This document shows, piece after piece, positions 46,271 through 55,394 of a DNA stretch of 64,000 nt; within the stretch, counting starts at the first letter, position 1, and the number at the start of each line of letters is the position of its first letter. A model generated the notes under the pieces. That model saw nothing but the letters and a program-made list of their open reading frames with translations, was not told the origin of the DNA and did no database searches. Source of the stretch: Bryobacterales bacterium (lineage in GTDB: Bacteria; Acidobacteriota; Terriglobia; Bryobacterales; UBA6623); contig OZ241924.1 in NCBI GenBank assembly GCA_965203925.1, forward strand, positions 1,152,629-1,216,628, given 5' to 3'. A program made the position numbers and the translations under genes.

Positions 46271-46462
46271 GTGGAACGAATCAGCGGCAGGCTCATCCGG
46301 ATGCTACGACAGGACGGCTGGGTCCATGTCGCCACCAAGGGCAGCCACTGGCAGTTCAAGCAACCTGCCAAACCGGGGCGCGTCACCGTGCCGCACCCGA
46401 AAAAGGACATCCCGCGCGGAACGGTGGCGTCGGTCTACCGGCAAGCGGGCTGGAACACGTAA
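46271..46462 (+). CDS. hicA: HicA-family mRNA interferase toxin
   Basis: LIRMLRQDGWVHVATKGSHWQFKQPAKPGRVTVPHPKKDIPRGTVASVYRQAGW is the canonical HicA sequence. The start is GTG 46271, or 46238 in the track. Confidence 0.85.
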   Translation: MERISGRLIRMLRQDGWVHVATKGSHWQFKQPAKPGRVTVPHPKKDIPRGTVASVYRQAGWNT

Positions 46463-46475
46463 GGACGACGAATCG

Positions 46476-46877
46476 ATGCGATACGTATCTTTCATCCACC
46501 TAGACGAAACCTGCTACGGGGTCAGCTTTCCCGACTTCCCGGGCTGCGTCTCGGTCGGCGACACGGTTGACGAGGCTGTGAAGCGAGGTGCCGAGGCACT
46601 CGCGTTCCACGTCGAGGGACTCCGCCACGACGGCGATCCAATTCCGCTGCCTCGCTCGATCGACGACATCAAGGGCGACCCGGACCTCGACGACTGGCGG
46701 CGCGGCGCCGACTTCGTGCTGATCCCACTCCTCTTGGACCGCGGATCCTCGCGACGGGTCAACATCTCTATTGACCGCGGCTTGCTCGAAGCCATAGACG
46801 ACGAGGCCAAGGGGCGCCGGATGACCCGGTCGGCCTTCTTAGCGACTGCGGCCCGGAACGAGATCGAGAGCACGTGA
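46476..46877 (+). CDS. hicB: HicB-family antitoxin
   Basis: MRYVSFIHLDETCYGVSFPDFPGCVSVGDTVDEAVKRGAEALAFHVEGL is the HicB N-domain. C-terminal RHH-like DNA-binding tail. 133 aa. Confidence 0.85.
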   Translation: MRYVSFIHLDETCYGVSFPDFPGCVSVGDTVDEAVKRGAEALAFHVEGLRHDGDPIPLPRSIDDIKGDPDLDDWRRGADFVLIPLLLDRGSSRRVNISIDRGLLEAIDDEAKGRRMTRSAFLATAARNEIEST

Positions 46878-47483
46878 TCAGAGGCGACGGCAAACGCAGG
46901 AACACCGCGGAGGACGAGCGAGGGCCCGGAGCGGGTGTTCGAATGACCCAGTGAAGGACCAGCAGACCCGTGACGTTGGTGCGCCCAGAGATGGCTGAGG
47001 CGAAGTTCCGTGTGCCGGTTCTCTAGAGAGAACGCTCATCGCACCAACAACGATGAAGGAGGCATGGCAGCCGTACGAGGCGCTGATCGGCAATACCCTC
47101 CCGTGGTTCAAGTCTCAGGCCTCGTGTTTCTTCAGGGTGCCGGTACCCCTCTTCGAGAACCGGCCCTCGGCGACCGAGCACACGCCATTGGCTGGAGACC
47201 GTCCGGCAGCCCATTTCAGGGTGTCGGCGTTTGTCGACCAGCTCCAAGCAGGATGGGTGTGTTCGCAAGCCGACTCGCATGCGCCGTTTCGCTGTGAATG
47301 GGCCGCGGCCATTGACGGCGGATTCCTTGACACTTGGCACTGCCGGGGCGGCCTAGGCGATCGCCAAGATCGAATTGGGGGAGGGCATCGGCATGGATCG
47401 CCCTCTGTGCGCCGAGTCCCGACACGGAACCGCCGGATGGGGGCTTGCCGGGCCCGGTTGCGCTCCCGAGAGCGGCCGACAGC

Positions 47484-47789
47484 TTACTGATCCCCGGACG
47501 CGTCGGCCCAGTGCGCGTCTAGGCTGACGATCCGCCCAAAGTCATCCAGTGCCTTCTCCTGGCGTCTCAGATCGGACCTCGCCTAGCAGCGGCATTGGTA
47601 CAACGGCAAGTCGACCGGGGCAATACTGCTCGTCCGATCGAAGTCGGCGATGGCGTCTTCATAGCGGCCCAGCTCCGCCTACGCCTTGACACGCTCGATA
47701 CAGAGTGAGAGGGCATCGGGAGCGAGGCGCATCCCTTTGGTGCAATCGGCAACGGCTTCCTCAGATCGCTGTACCGCCGACACTTGCAT
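47484..47789 (-). pseudogene. TPR-repeat remnant with two in-frame TAG codons (47679-47681, 47583-47585)
   Basis: MQVSAVQRSEEAVADCTKGMRLAPDALSLCIERVKA-TAG-AELGRYEDAIADFDRTSSIAP...CRC-TAG-ARSDLRRQEKALDDFGRIVSLDA. TPR consensus pattern. Confidence 0.4.
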
Positions 47790-48275
47790 GTCAGCAGGCC
47801 ATCAGCGCAAGGGGTCGGCCTGGCCTTTCCGGTGTCTCTCAAGATGCGGTACCAAGGCGATCGAGGAGTCTGCCCTAGAGGAGGTCCCTAAAGGTGCCAT
47901 GACTTCCGCGGGGACCGGAGGCTCGCCCCGCGCGGGCGAGCAGGCGTACTGGGTGCTACCAATGGCCAATCCGCCTAGGCATCGTCGCGACCTCCACGAA
48001 GGGGTCCGGATCACACGAGCACGCGCCGGCGGACCGCAGCTGTCCCAATCCTGGCGTCCCTCGCAATCTCCTAGAACTTGGCGCGGCGGCCATCGGCGTG
48101 TCCAAATCCGCCGACCCGTTCCGCTGTGCCTATGCCACGTGGTCCAAGGACTGCTTCAGTCTCGGATACAAGCCTTCGCAAGCATAGATTGAACTCTCCT
48201 GCTCGCGCTAGGTCTTGGGGGATGGCCATCGGGACCTGCTGATAAACTTGGATCCGGGGCTTCGAAGGCCGCGCG

Positions 48276-49298
48276 GTGAGGTGTGGCATTCGCACGGTGG
48301 GAGGAAATACTAGGAATGCGGCCGCCTTTGTTTGGGCGGTACTGCTGAGCTCTGGCGGCTTGGCGCAGGACGGCGGATGGGAGGAGTCCATCCAGGCTGC
48401 GCGTGAGGCGCTCGCGACGGAGCGCTTCGACGCAGCGGCACGTATCCTGCGGCGGGCCCAGAGCCTCTCAAGCGGCTTTGCAACGGACGACCCGCGCCGG
48501 GTCGTCCCGCTAATGGAACTCGCGAAGCTGCACTTGCGGAGGGGCGACTACGCGGTCCCCGAACAGCTCTACCGCCAAGCCGACCCAATCGCCCGCCAAG
48601 CATGGGGCGCTGACAGCACGGAGTACGCGAGCCTGCTCAACCAGATTGGACGCTACTACCATCTGCGCGTGAAATACACCGAAGCGGAGCGCTTCTACAG
48701 GCTGGCGTTCTCCATCCGCACGCGACACTTGGGGAGGAGCCACGCCGACGTCGCAGCCGTGGTCAACAATTTGGCCGTGCTGTACGAGAACCAAGTCCAA
48801 TACGCGAAGGCCGAGACGTACTACCGGACTGCGCTCGACATCCGAGAACGCGCGTTGGGGCCGGACGACCCCTCCACCGTCGAGACGCTCGAGCACTTGG
48901 CCAGACTGCTCCACAAGCTCTCGCGGCCCGGAGACGCCGCCCCCCTGGAAGCAAGGGCCCGGGAGTATCGCAGGACGGCGGCCAGCGACCCTGAGGCCGT
49001 CGATGCCGCGCCACCGGCAGCTGGGAGCGACACCCAGTCCGCCGTGCTGATGGAGCGCTCCGAACCCGACTACACCAATGAGGCGCGCATAGCCAATCAT
49101 GAGGGCAGCGTGCTGCTGCAGGCCGACGTGGATGCGGACGGTCGGCCGTCAAATCTTCTCGTGGTACGCCCATTGGGGCTGGGGCTCGACGAGGAAGCGG
49201 TCAAAGCCGTCCGTCAGTGGAAGTTCCGACCCGCTAGGAGAGGCGGCCAGAGGGTCGCGTCAAGGGTTAGGCTGGAGATCTCGTTCCGCCTGATGTGA
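48276..49298 (+). CDS. TPR-repeat protein with C-terminal TonB domain
   Basis: TPR_12-like repeats (YASLLNQIGRYYHLRVKYTEAERFYRLAFSI, VNNLAVLYENQVQYAKAETYYRTALDI). TonB_C (EPDYTNEARIANHEGSVLLQADVDADGRPSNLLVVRPLGLGLDEEAVKAVRQWKFRPA). Confidence 0.8.
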   Translation: MRCGIRTVGGNTRNAAAFVWAVLLSSGGLAQDGGWEESIQAAREALATERFDAAARILRRAQSLSSGFATDDPRRVVPLMELAKLHLRRGDYAVPEQLYRQADPIARQAWGADSTEYASLLNQIGRYYHLRVKYTEAERFYRLAFSIRTRHLGRSHADVAAVVNNLAVLYENQVQYAKAETYYRTALDIRERALGPDDPSTVETLEHLARLLHKLSRPGDAAPLEARAREYRRTAASDPEAVDAAPPAAGSDTQSAVLMERSEPDYTNEARIANHEGSVLLQADVDADGRPSNLLVVRPLGLGLDEEAVKAVRQWKFRPARRGGQRVASRVRLEISFRLM

Positions 49299-49507
49299 CC
49301 ATCGTCCGGCGGGACGCTGGCCGATTGGTGCCTGACCCAACGCCTTATATCGGCAACTGGGGGGCGGGCGCACCGCTGCGTGGCGTCATGTCAAGAGACC
49401 AGCGCAGGCGGGCGAATGAGAAGCGGCCCCTCCCCCAAGGGGAAAGGGCCGCAGGTGTCCTGTGGATTCCAGCCGCCGCCCTTCACCGGACGGCGTGATA
49501 GACCGTC

Positions 49508-51229
49508 CTAGAACACGTCGTAGTCGAATTCGTCTCCGAAGAACGTCCACTCTTCGAGCCAGTTCTCGGCACCGAAGGCTCCCACGAACTGCGCGCTGGT
49601 GTCGAGCGCGCCATCGCTGGGCGGCGTGGCGCCGCTGCCGATCAGCAGTGCCGGGGATCCGATTGCCGGGCGCGGGTCCGGATTCGCCTCGAAGCGCACA
49701 TTGACGAGCATCGGGTCGGTATCCACGAACATCACATCGCCCTCGACCAAGCCGTTTAGCTGGTCCGCCCCCTCATTGCCGCCATTGGCGTGGAGGATGG
49801 TGTTGGCGATGCTGCTCGTGCCGTCCATGAACAGTGAGGGAGAGTTGTCGCGCACGTCAAGAGCGTCGTCGCCGAAGCCGGTCAGGATGACGTTGCGGGC
49901 CGTGATCGCCGTGCCGACCCGGATGCGCATGCCGTCCCCGGAGGTCGTGTTCAGGTCTTGGGCCACGCCACCAACCATTGTGAGGTTGTACAGTTTCGGG
50001 TGCGAGCGCGGCGTTCGGTCGAAACCCTGGCTGTCATTGTCGGCCTCGATGCCGTTGTCGCCGCTAGTGTCCTGCTGGATGAAGATGAACTGCCCCGTGC
50101 CCTGCCAGCCGAAGGCCCAGTCCAGCGAGTCGTCTTTGGAACCGCTGGAAACGCAGTACATGCAGTTGGCCGTGCCGCCGAAGAACTCGATGCCATCATC
50201 CTCGCCCTCATGCGCCTGTATGTGATCGATGACCGTACCCGAGCCCACACCGTGGAAACCGAACGCGTTCGGCTGCGTCTCCGGATTGAAGTCCACTCCG
50301 GCGAACTCCACGCGAACGTAGCGCAGCACGCCGCTGGAGTCCGTCGGGTCATCGCCGCCGTAGACGGGACGCGTTTCGGGAATCACACCCTCGGCAAGGC
50401 CGGTCCCACGCGCCATGGGCGCATTCCCCAGCACGATCAGTCCGGCCCAGCAACCCGACGCCCGCTGTCCCACCGGCTGGTCGCAGGTCATCACGATGGG
50501 AGCCTCCCGGCGGCCCTCCGCCATGATCTTGGCACCCTTCTCAACGACCAAGACGGCGTTCTGGCCAGAGGCCAAGATCAGCGTGCCCGCCTCGATCGTC
50601 AGTGTTGCGCCCGCGTTGACGAACACCTGGTGGCGAATGCGGTAGATGGTGTCATTCGTCCATGTGGTGTCGGTCGAAATCTCGGTGTCCGTGCCGTCAG
50701 CGCCCAGCACGAGCTCTGGGGCTTGAGAGACGACAAACTTGGCGTAGGCTCTCTTGACCACCTGCGTAGCGTCGGCACTGCGCACCTCCAGCACCCAGTG
50801 CCAAAGCCCCGGTTCAGGGACCGCTCCGCGCCAGATCAGGCTCTGGTCGTGCTCCGGCACCGGCATCGCCTGGAACATTTCGGTTGCGCCCAGAGTGTCC
50901 ATGAGTGCGTCGCCCAACATCGCGCCTTCAGTTTGCGCCGCAAGGTACTGCCGCATGCCAGTCTCAATGTTCTCGCGGTACACGAAGTACGTGTACTCGT
51001 CCATGTCGCCCATCGCGTCGAGCGTCAGGTAGACGCGCATCTCCTCACCGCCTGCGTAGCCGAGCTTGTCCGTCCAGAGGGCGGCCCGCATCGTCGACGC
51101 GGCGACCGGGTGCACGCCCAAATTCACGTTCGTCTCCGTCGGAATGTCTGGCATGTCCTGGGCGGACATCACCAGCGGAAGTGTGCCCAATGCCGCCACA
51201 ACCGCCCAAAGGAACCAGTGCTTTCTCAT
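49508..51229 (-). CDS. Secreted hypothetical protein (possibly beta-helix)
   Basis: Signal peptide MRKHWFLWAVVAALGTLPLVMSAQ. AGGAGA Shine-Dalgarno sequence. 573 aa. No family recognised with certainty. Confidence 0.7.
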   Translation of the reverse strand: MRKHWFLWAVVAALGTLPLVMSAQDMPDIPTETNVNLGVHPVAASTMRAALWTDKLGYAGGEEMRVYLTLDAMGDMDEYTYFVYRENIETGMRQYLAAQTEGAMLGDALMDTLGATEMFQAMPVPEHDQSLIWRGAVPEPGLWHWVLEVRSADATQVVKRAYAKFVVSQAPELVLGADGTDTEISTDTTWTNDTIYRIRHQVFVNAGATLTIEAGTLILASGQNAVLVVEKGAKIMAEGRREAPIVMTCDQPVGQRASGCWAGLIVLGNAPMARGTGLAEGVIPETRPVYGGDDPTDSSGVLRYVRVEFAGVDFNPETQPNAFGFHGVGSGTVIDHIQAHEGEDDGIEFFGGTANCMYCVSSGSKDDSLDWAFGWQGTGQFIFIQQDTSGDNGIEADNDSQGFDRTPRSHPKLYNLTMVGGVAQDLNTTSGDGMRIRVGTAITARNVILTGFGDDALDVRDNSPSLFMDGTSSIANTILHANGGNEGADQLNGLVEGDVMFVDTDPMLVNVRFEANPDPRPAIGSPALLIGSGATPPSDGALDTSAQFVGAFGAENWLEEWTFFGDEFDYDVF

Positions 51230-51505
51230 TCTGTTCTCCTTGTTCTCTCAACTCGGGCCCGGCCAAGCGTTCCAGCGCCACAGGCCGACCCACCTCAATA
51301 CCGCCGGCCACGCCGGCGCCACCGCGGGCCGAGGGCCGGTCCGAACCGGCCCCCTACCGCATGACTCAACACTATCCAGCGGGTGTTACCCCAGTGCGAC
51401 AGCAGGGTTAAGGGTTCATGAATGCGGGTTGGGCACCCCAATGCGTGCCCATTCGCCGGCTAGCCAATGCGTGACAATGGTGGACAGGGGAGCAATCCGA
51501 TACCT

Positions 51506-52771
51506 ATGGCATCCGCACGCGAACTCCTGCAGCAGAGCGATCCCGCCATATTCCGGGCATTGGCCGGGGAGGAGATGCGGCAAGCGCAGGGCGTGGAGAT
51601 GATCCCGTCCGAGAACTACACCTATCCGGAGGTGCTGGCCACGCTAGGGTCAGTGTTCACCAACAAGTACTCGGAGGGCTATCCCGGCCGGCGCTACTAC
51701 GGAGGGCAAGAGTTCACCGACACCATCGAGAGCCTCGCCCGACAGCGGGCCAAGCAGCTCTTCGGGTGCGAGCACGCGAACGTCCAGCCCCTTTCGGGGG
51801 CCCCGATGAACGCCGCCGCGTACTTGGCCCTGCTTGAGCCCGGCGACACGGTCATGGGCATGGACCTGTCCCACGGCGGGCACTTGACCCACGGTGCGCC
51901 GGTCTCGCATATGGGTCGGCTGTTCCGGTGGGTGCGATACAAGACGGAGCCAAGCGCAGAGGGCCGGATCGACTTCGATGCCGTGCGGCGCGCCGCGCTC
52001 GAGCACTCGCCGAGAATGATCGTCTGCGGTTACTCCTCCTACCCGCGCGACTACGACTACGGACCCTTCAAGGAGATCGCCGACGAGATCGGTGCGATCA
52101 CACTGGCGGACGTCTCCCACATCGGCGGCCTGATCGCGGGAGGAGCGCTGGCGAACCCCTTCGACTCGGGCTTCGACATTGTCACGACCACCACCCACAA
52201 GTCGATGCGCGGCCCCCGCGGCGGCATGATCCTCTGCCGGAGCAAGTTCCGCCTCGCGATCGACAAGTCCGTCTTCCCCGGCCTTCAGGGCGGGCCGCAC
52301 ATGAACCAGGTTGCGGCGACCGCCGTCGCCCTTGCGAAGGCGCAGGGGCCGGACTTCCGGCAGTACTGCCGCCAAGTGCTCGACAATGCGCAAGCGCTGG
52401 CGGGAGCGCTCTTGGCCGGCGGGGCGAATCTTGTCACCGGCGGCACGGCCAACCACATGATGGTCGTGGACTGCGTCAGCTCGTTCGAAATCAACGGCCG
52501 GGTCGCGGAGGAGACCCTAGACCGCATCTCGATCACCTGCAATAAGCAAGTGATCCCCGACGACCCGAATCCCCCGCTGCGGCCCAGCGGCATCCGCCTC
52601 GGAACGCCTGCCGCAACGACGCGTGGCATGCGGGAGCCGGAGATGGAAGTCCTGGCGCGCTGCATGCTCGAGGCGCTGCGCGCCCACGGCGACGACGCGC
52701 GTCTGGAGCGCCTCAACGCTGAGGTGCAGGAATTGTGCTCGGCATTCCCGGTGCCCGGGATCGAGGCCTGA
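51506..52771 (+). CDS. glyA: Serine hydroxymethyltransferase
   Basis: GVEMIPSENYT, EGYPGRRYYGG and TTTTHKSMRGPRGG (PLP-lysine block). Start at MASARELL. Confidence 0.97.
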   Translation: MASARELLQQSDPAIFRALAGEEMRQAQGVEMIPSENYTYPEVLATLGSVFTNKYSEGYPGRRYYGGQEFTDTIESLARQRAKQLFGCEHANVQPLSGAPMNAAAYLALLEPGDTVMGMDLSHGGHLTHGAPVSHMGRLFRWVRYKTEPSAEGRIDFDAVRRAALEHSPRMIVCGYSSYPRDYDYGPFKEIADEIGAITLADVSHIGGLIAGGALANPFDSGFDIVTTTTHKSMRGPRGGMILCRSKFRLAIDKSVFPGLQGGPHMNQVAATAVALAKAQGPDFRQYCRQVLDNAQALAGALLAGGANLVTGGTANHMMVVDCVSSFEINGRVAEETLDRISITCNKQVIPDDPNPPLRPSGIRLGTPAATTRGMREPEMEVLARCMLEALRAHGDDARLERLNAEVQELCSAFPVPGIEA

Positions 52772-52831
52772 CAATGGCAGCGCCTCCCTGCCCCTCGGGC
52801 TGACCGTCCGGCGCGCACTCCGCAGCTTCCC

Positions 52832-54445
52832 ATGGAGATCCAGCAATCAGCCAGCGGCAGGCACCAGCGCTTGGCGGCGGCCATCCCGATCGCCACGGTC
52901 TTCCTGTCGAGCCTCTGCATCATGGTGCTCGAACTGGTCGCAGGCAGGCTGATTGCGCGCCACGTCGGGAGTTCGCTGTACACGTGGACCTCGGTGATCG
53001 GCATCGTTCTGGCCGGAATCGCTGCGGGCAACTACGTCGGGGGGCGACTTGCGGACCGCTTCCCTCCACGGGAAACCCTTGGGGCGATCTTCCTCGTCGC
53101 CTCGGCCAACTGTCTGGTAATCCCTTTGATCAACGGGCGAATCGGGGGCATGGAGGCGCTGCGCGAGCTTGATTGGCCGGTGCGCATCGCGCTGCACGTG
53201 TTCTTGGTGTTTTTCGCACCTTCCTGCCTGCTAGGCATGATCAGTCCGGTCGCGGCCAAGATGGCCATCGTGCTGGGCCAGCAGCTGGGCCGCACGATCG
53301 GAAACGTGTACTCGTGGGGAACGATCGGAAGCATCATCGGCACTTTCCTCACCGGCTACGTTCTCATCGCTTGGATGGGCTCGACGGCCGTCCTGCTGTC
53401 GGTGGCCGCCGTCCTGCTGGCTATGGCCCTGCTATACGGGGGGACCGGTCTGCTGCCGTACTTGTGGAGCGGGGTGCTGGGGGCCACAATCGTCGCAGCC
53501 TGGGGACCGGTTCCGTGGGCCGGGGTGATCGGAGAGCGCCTAGGGCTCCGCGAACCGCGCATGGAGGCGGTGCTCTTCCAGGACGAGTCGCAGTACTCGT
53601 TCGTGCGGGTCGAGAACGTCCTGGAGACTCCGGGCGTTCGGTCCATGCGCCTGGACTACCTCATCCACGCCTATGTAGACACGCAGGAGCCCGACAAGCT
53701 GCACTACGACTACGAGCGCGTATACGCCGGCATCACGGTGCGGGCGGTGCAGGCCCACCATCCGGAAGGGCGCTTGCGGGCGCTCTTCTTGGGTGGGGGA
53801 GGCTACGTTTTCCCCAGATGGTTCCTGCGCCGCTACCCGCTGGGATTCGGCGAGGTGGTTGAGATTGACCCTCAGGTGACCCGGGCCGCCTTTGAGGCCT
53901 TCACGCTGGAGCGCGACACACCACTGCGAATCACGCACTTGGACGCCCGCAACCGCGTGGAGGACCTATACAGGATGGCGCAGCGCGGCGAACTGGATGC
54001 CAAGTTCGACCTGGTGTACAACGACGCCTTCAACCACTACTCTCCGCCGTTTCACCTGACGACGGTAGAGTACATCCGCAAGCTGCGGGCCGTGATGAGC
54101 GACCGGTCGGTCTTCCTCGCCAACACCATCGACCTGTACCGTTCCGGCCAGTTCCTCGGCGCCATGATCAACACCGTCGAGGAGGTCTTCCCGTACGTTT
54201 ACACGTTCTGCACATCCCCCGCCGGGCCCTCCGACGAGGATGAGCGGGACACATTCGTGGTAGCAGGATCGACACGCTTGCTGCCGGTCCGCGCCCTCGA
54301 CTATGAGCAGTACTCCGCGTCGCTGCTGACGCCCGCGCACCTCGCGGTACTCCGCGAGCGGTCGCAGGGCCTAGTGCTGACCGACGACTTCGCTCCTGTC
54401 GACAACCTGCTTACGCCTGTGATCCGCTCCGTGGAGCGCGAGTAG
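52832..54445 (+). CDS. Fused membrane (MFS-like) / spermidine synthase-like protein
   Basis: An N-terminal polytopic region of about 230 aa, followed by a spermidine-synthase-fold region (LFLGGGGYVFPRW...VEIDPQV...VYNDAF). Confidence 0.85.
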   Translation: MEIQQSASGRHQRLAAAIPIATVFLSSLCIMVLELVAGRLIARHVGSSLYTWTSVIGIVLAGIAAGNYVGGRLADRFPPRETLGAIFLVASANCLVIPLINGRIGGMEALRELDWPVRIALHVFLVFFAPSCLLGMISPVAAKMAIVLGQQLGRTIGNVYSWGTIGSIIGTFLTGYVLIAWMGSTAVLLSVAAVLLAMALLYGGTGLLPYLWSGVLGATIVAAWGPVPWAGVIGERLGLREPRMEAVLFQDESQYSFVRVENVLETPGVRSMRLDYLIHAYVDTQEPDKLHYDYERVYAGITVRAVQAHHPEGRLRALFLGGGGYVFPRWFLRRYPLGFGEVVEIDPQVTRAAFEAFTLERDTPLRITHLDARNRVEDLYRMAQRGELDAKFDLVYNDAFNHYSPPFHLTTVEYIRKLRAVMSDRSVFLANTIDLYRSGQFLGAMINTVEEVFPYVYTFCTSPAGPSDEDERDTFVVAGSTRLLPVRALDYEQYSASLLTPAHLAVLRERSQGLVLTDDFAPVDNLLTPVIRSVERE

Positions 54446-54514
54446 GCGGGGACGGACGCAGCTCCAGGCGTAACGGGCGGCTGGCCCTGCCTGTAGGAGA
54501 CCTCTACAAGCCGC

Positions 54515-54931
54515 TCAGCGGAGCGGTGACACACTGCAACGGTCTCTGGCAAAGCTCAACAAGAGGCGCGCCGAACCCATTGCTTCAGTCGCCAGCCTCT
54601 CGGTGAGCACCGAGCCCTGAACTCCCACTGACAAGCCGTTCGCGTGTCGGGTCGGGACATAGTCGAGATCAAGGCCTCCCGCTCTGGGGAGCAGGGGCTC
54701 CAAGTCCGCGACCCGGGCCGCATGCCGACTGCACAAGTCGGACACGGAATGGCCGAGCACGATCCGCTCGCCCAAGCCGTAGGCAATGGCATTTGCGGCA
54801 TTCTCGGCGGGCTGGTGGCAGGAGAAGCAACAGTGGGTGAAGTACTCCGCCTCGAGCGTGAGCCGGGCTACGGAGAGATCGTGCTCGGCCTGCTCCAGCC
54901 AGCGCAGACTTTCCTCTCTGCCATCCCACAT
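54515..54931 (-). CDS. HEPN domain protein (MNT-HEPN pair)
   Basis: WLEQAEHDLSVARLTLEAEYFTHCCFSCHQPAENAANAIA ... LDYVPTRH (HEPN PF05168-like pattern). 138 aa. Confidence 0.8.
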   Translation of the reverse strand: MWDGREESLRWLEQAEHDLSVARLTLEAEYFTHCCFSCHQPAENAANAIAYGLGERIVLGHSVSDLCSRHAARVADLEPLLPRAGGLDLDYVPTRHANGLSVGVQGSVLTERLATEAMGSARLLLSFARDRCSVSPLR

Positions 54932-54980
54932 GCTTAGGCACGGCTGTCTTCAGCCCTTCCGCAAGGGTCGGCCGGCCCTC

Positions 54981-55163
54981 TTAAGGCATGCTGCGGAACT
55001 CCTCGGGGGTGTAGACGAGGATGTCCGCCGGAGCCCCGGCGCATAGCAGCGCGGTCAGACTGTCGAGGGGCTGTTCCGGGTACGGCCGTTCGGACGGCGC
55101 CACGACAATCAAGTCCATGTCGCCCCCTGAGCCTGCAGTGCCGCGGGCTCGCGATCCGGACAT
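54981..55163 (-). CDS. Minimal nucleotidyltransferase (MNT) core; upstream in-frame TAG at 55182-55184
   Basis: GSRARGTAGSGGDMDLIVV (GS...DxD NTase motif). 60 aa from the ATG. The same frame stays open for about 30 more codons upstream of the TAG (KEARCVAKLEGFARALLSPLAD). Confidence 0.6.
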   Translation of the reverse strand: MSGSRARGTAGSGGDMDLIVVAPSERPYPEQPLDSLTALLCAGAPADILVYTPEEFRSMP

Positions 55164-55394
55164 CCAGCACGAACTTGCGTTCTAGTCTGCCAGTGGCGAT
55201 AGAAGCGCACGTGCAAAGCCCTCCAGCTTGGCAACACACCGGGCTTCCTTGGGGCTGCAGTATCTGTCATGGCCAACTGCCGTCCGACCCCCGTCGATTG
55301 AGGCAATCCGGCCCAACTGCATCGACCGGTCCGAGACTCCTAGGGCCGGAGTTGGCGGGCTCGGACACCTCTCTCGTGCGTACCGGACAGCCCT

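Noticed and set aside
47095-47125. tRNA-like T-loop string CCGTGGTTCAAGTCTCAGG, and a second string GGGTGTTCGAATGACCC at about 46935
   Set aside because: The flanking bases do not form a T-stem (CGTGG versus CTCAG; GGGTG versus GACCC). No acceptor or anticodon arms could be built. I found no tRNA or rRNA genes in the window.
51240-51505. Possible ZTP or THF riboswitch in the glyA 5' region
   Set aside because: I could not find the conserved ZTP (pfl) core or pseudoknot sequences (for example the ...CCGCCTGGGC 3' element) or a THF-like fold. Only short direct repeats are present.
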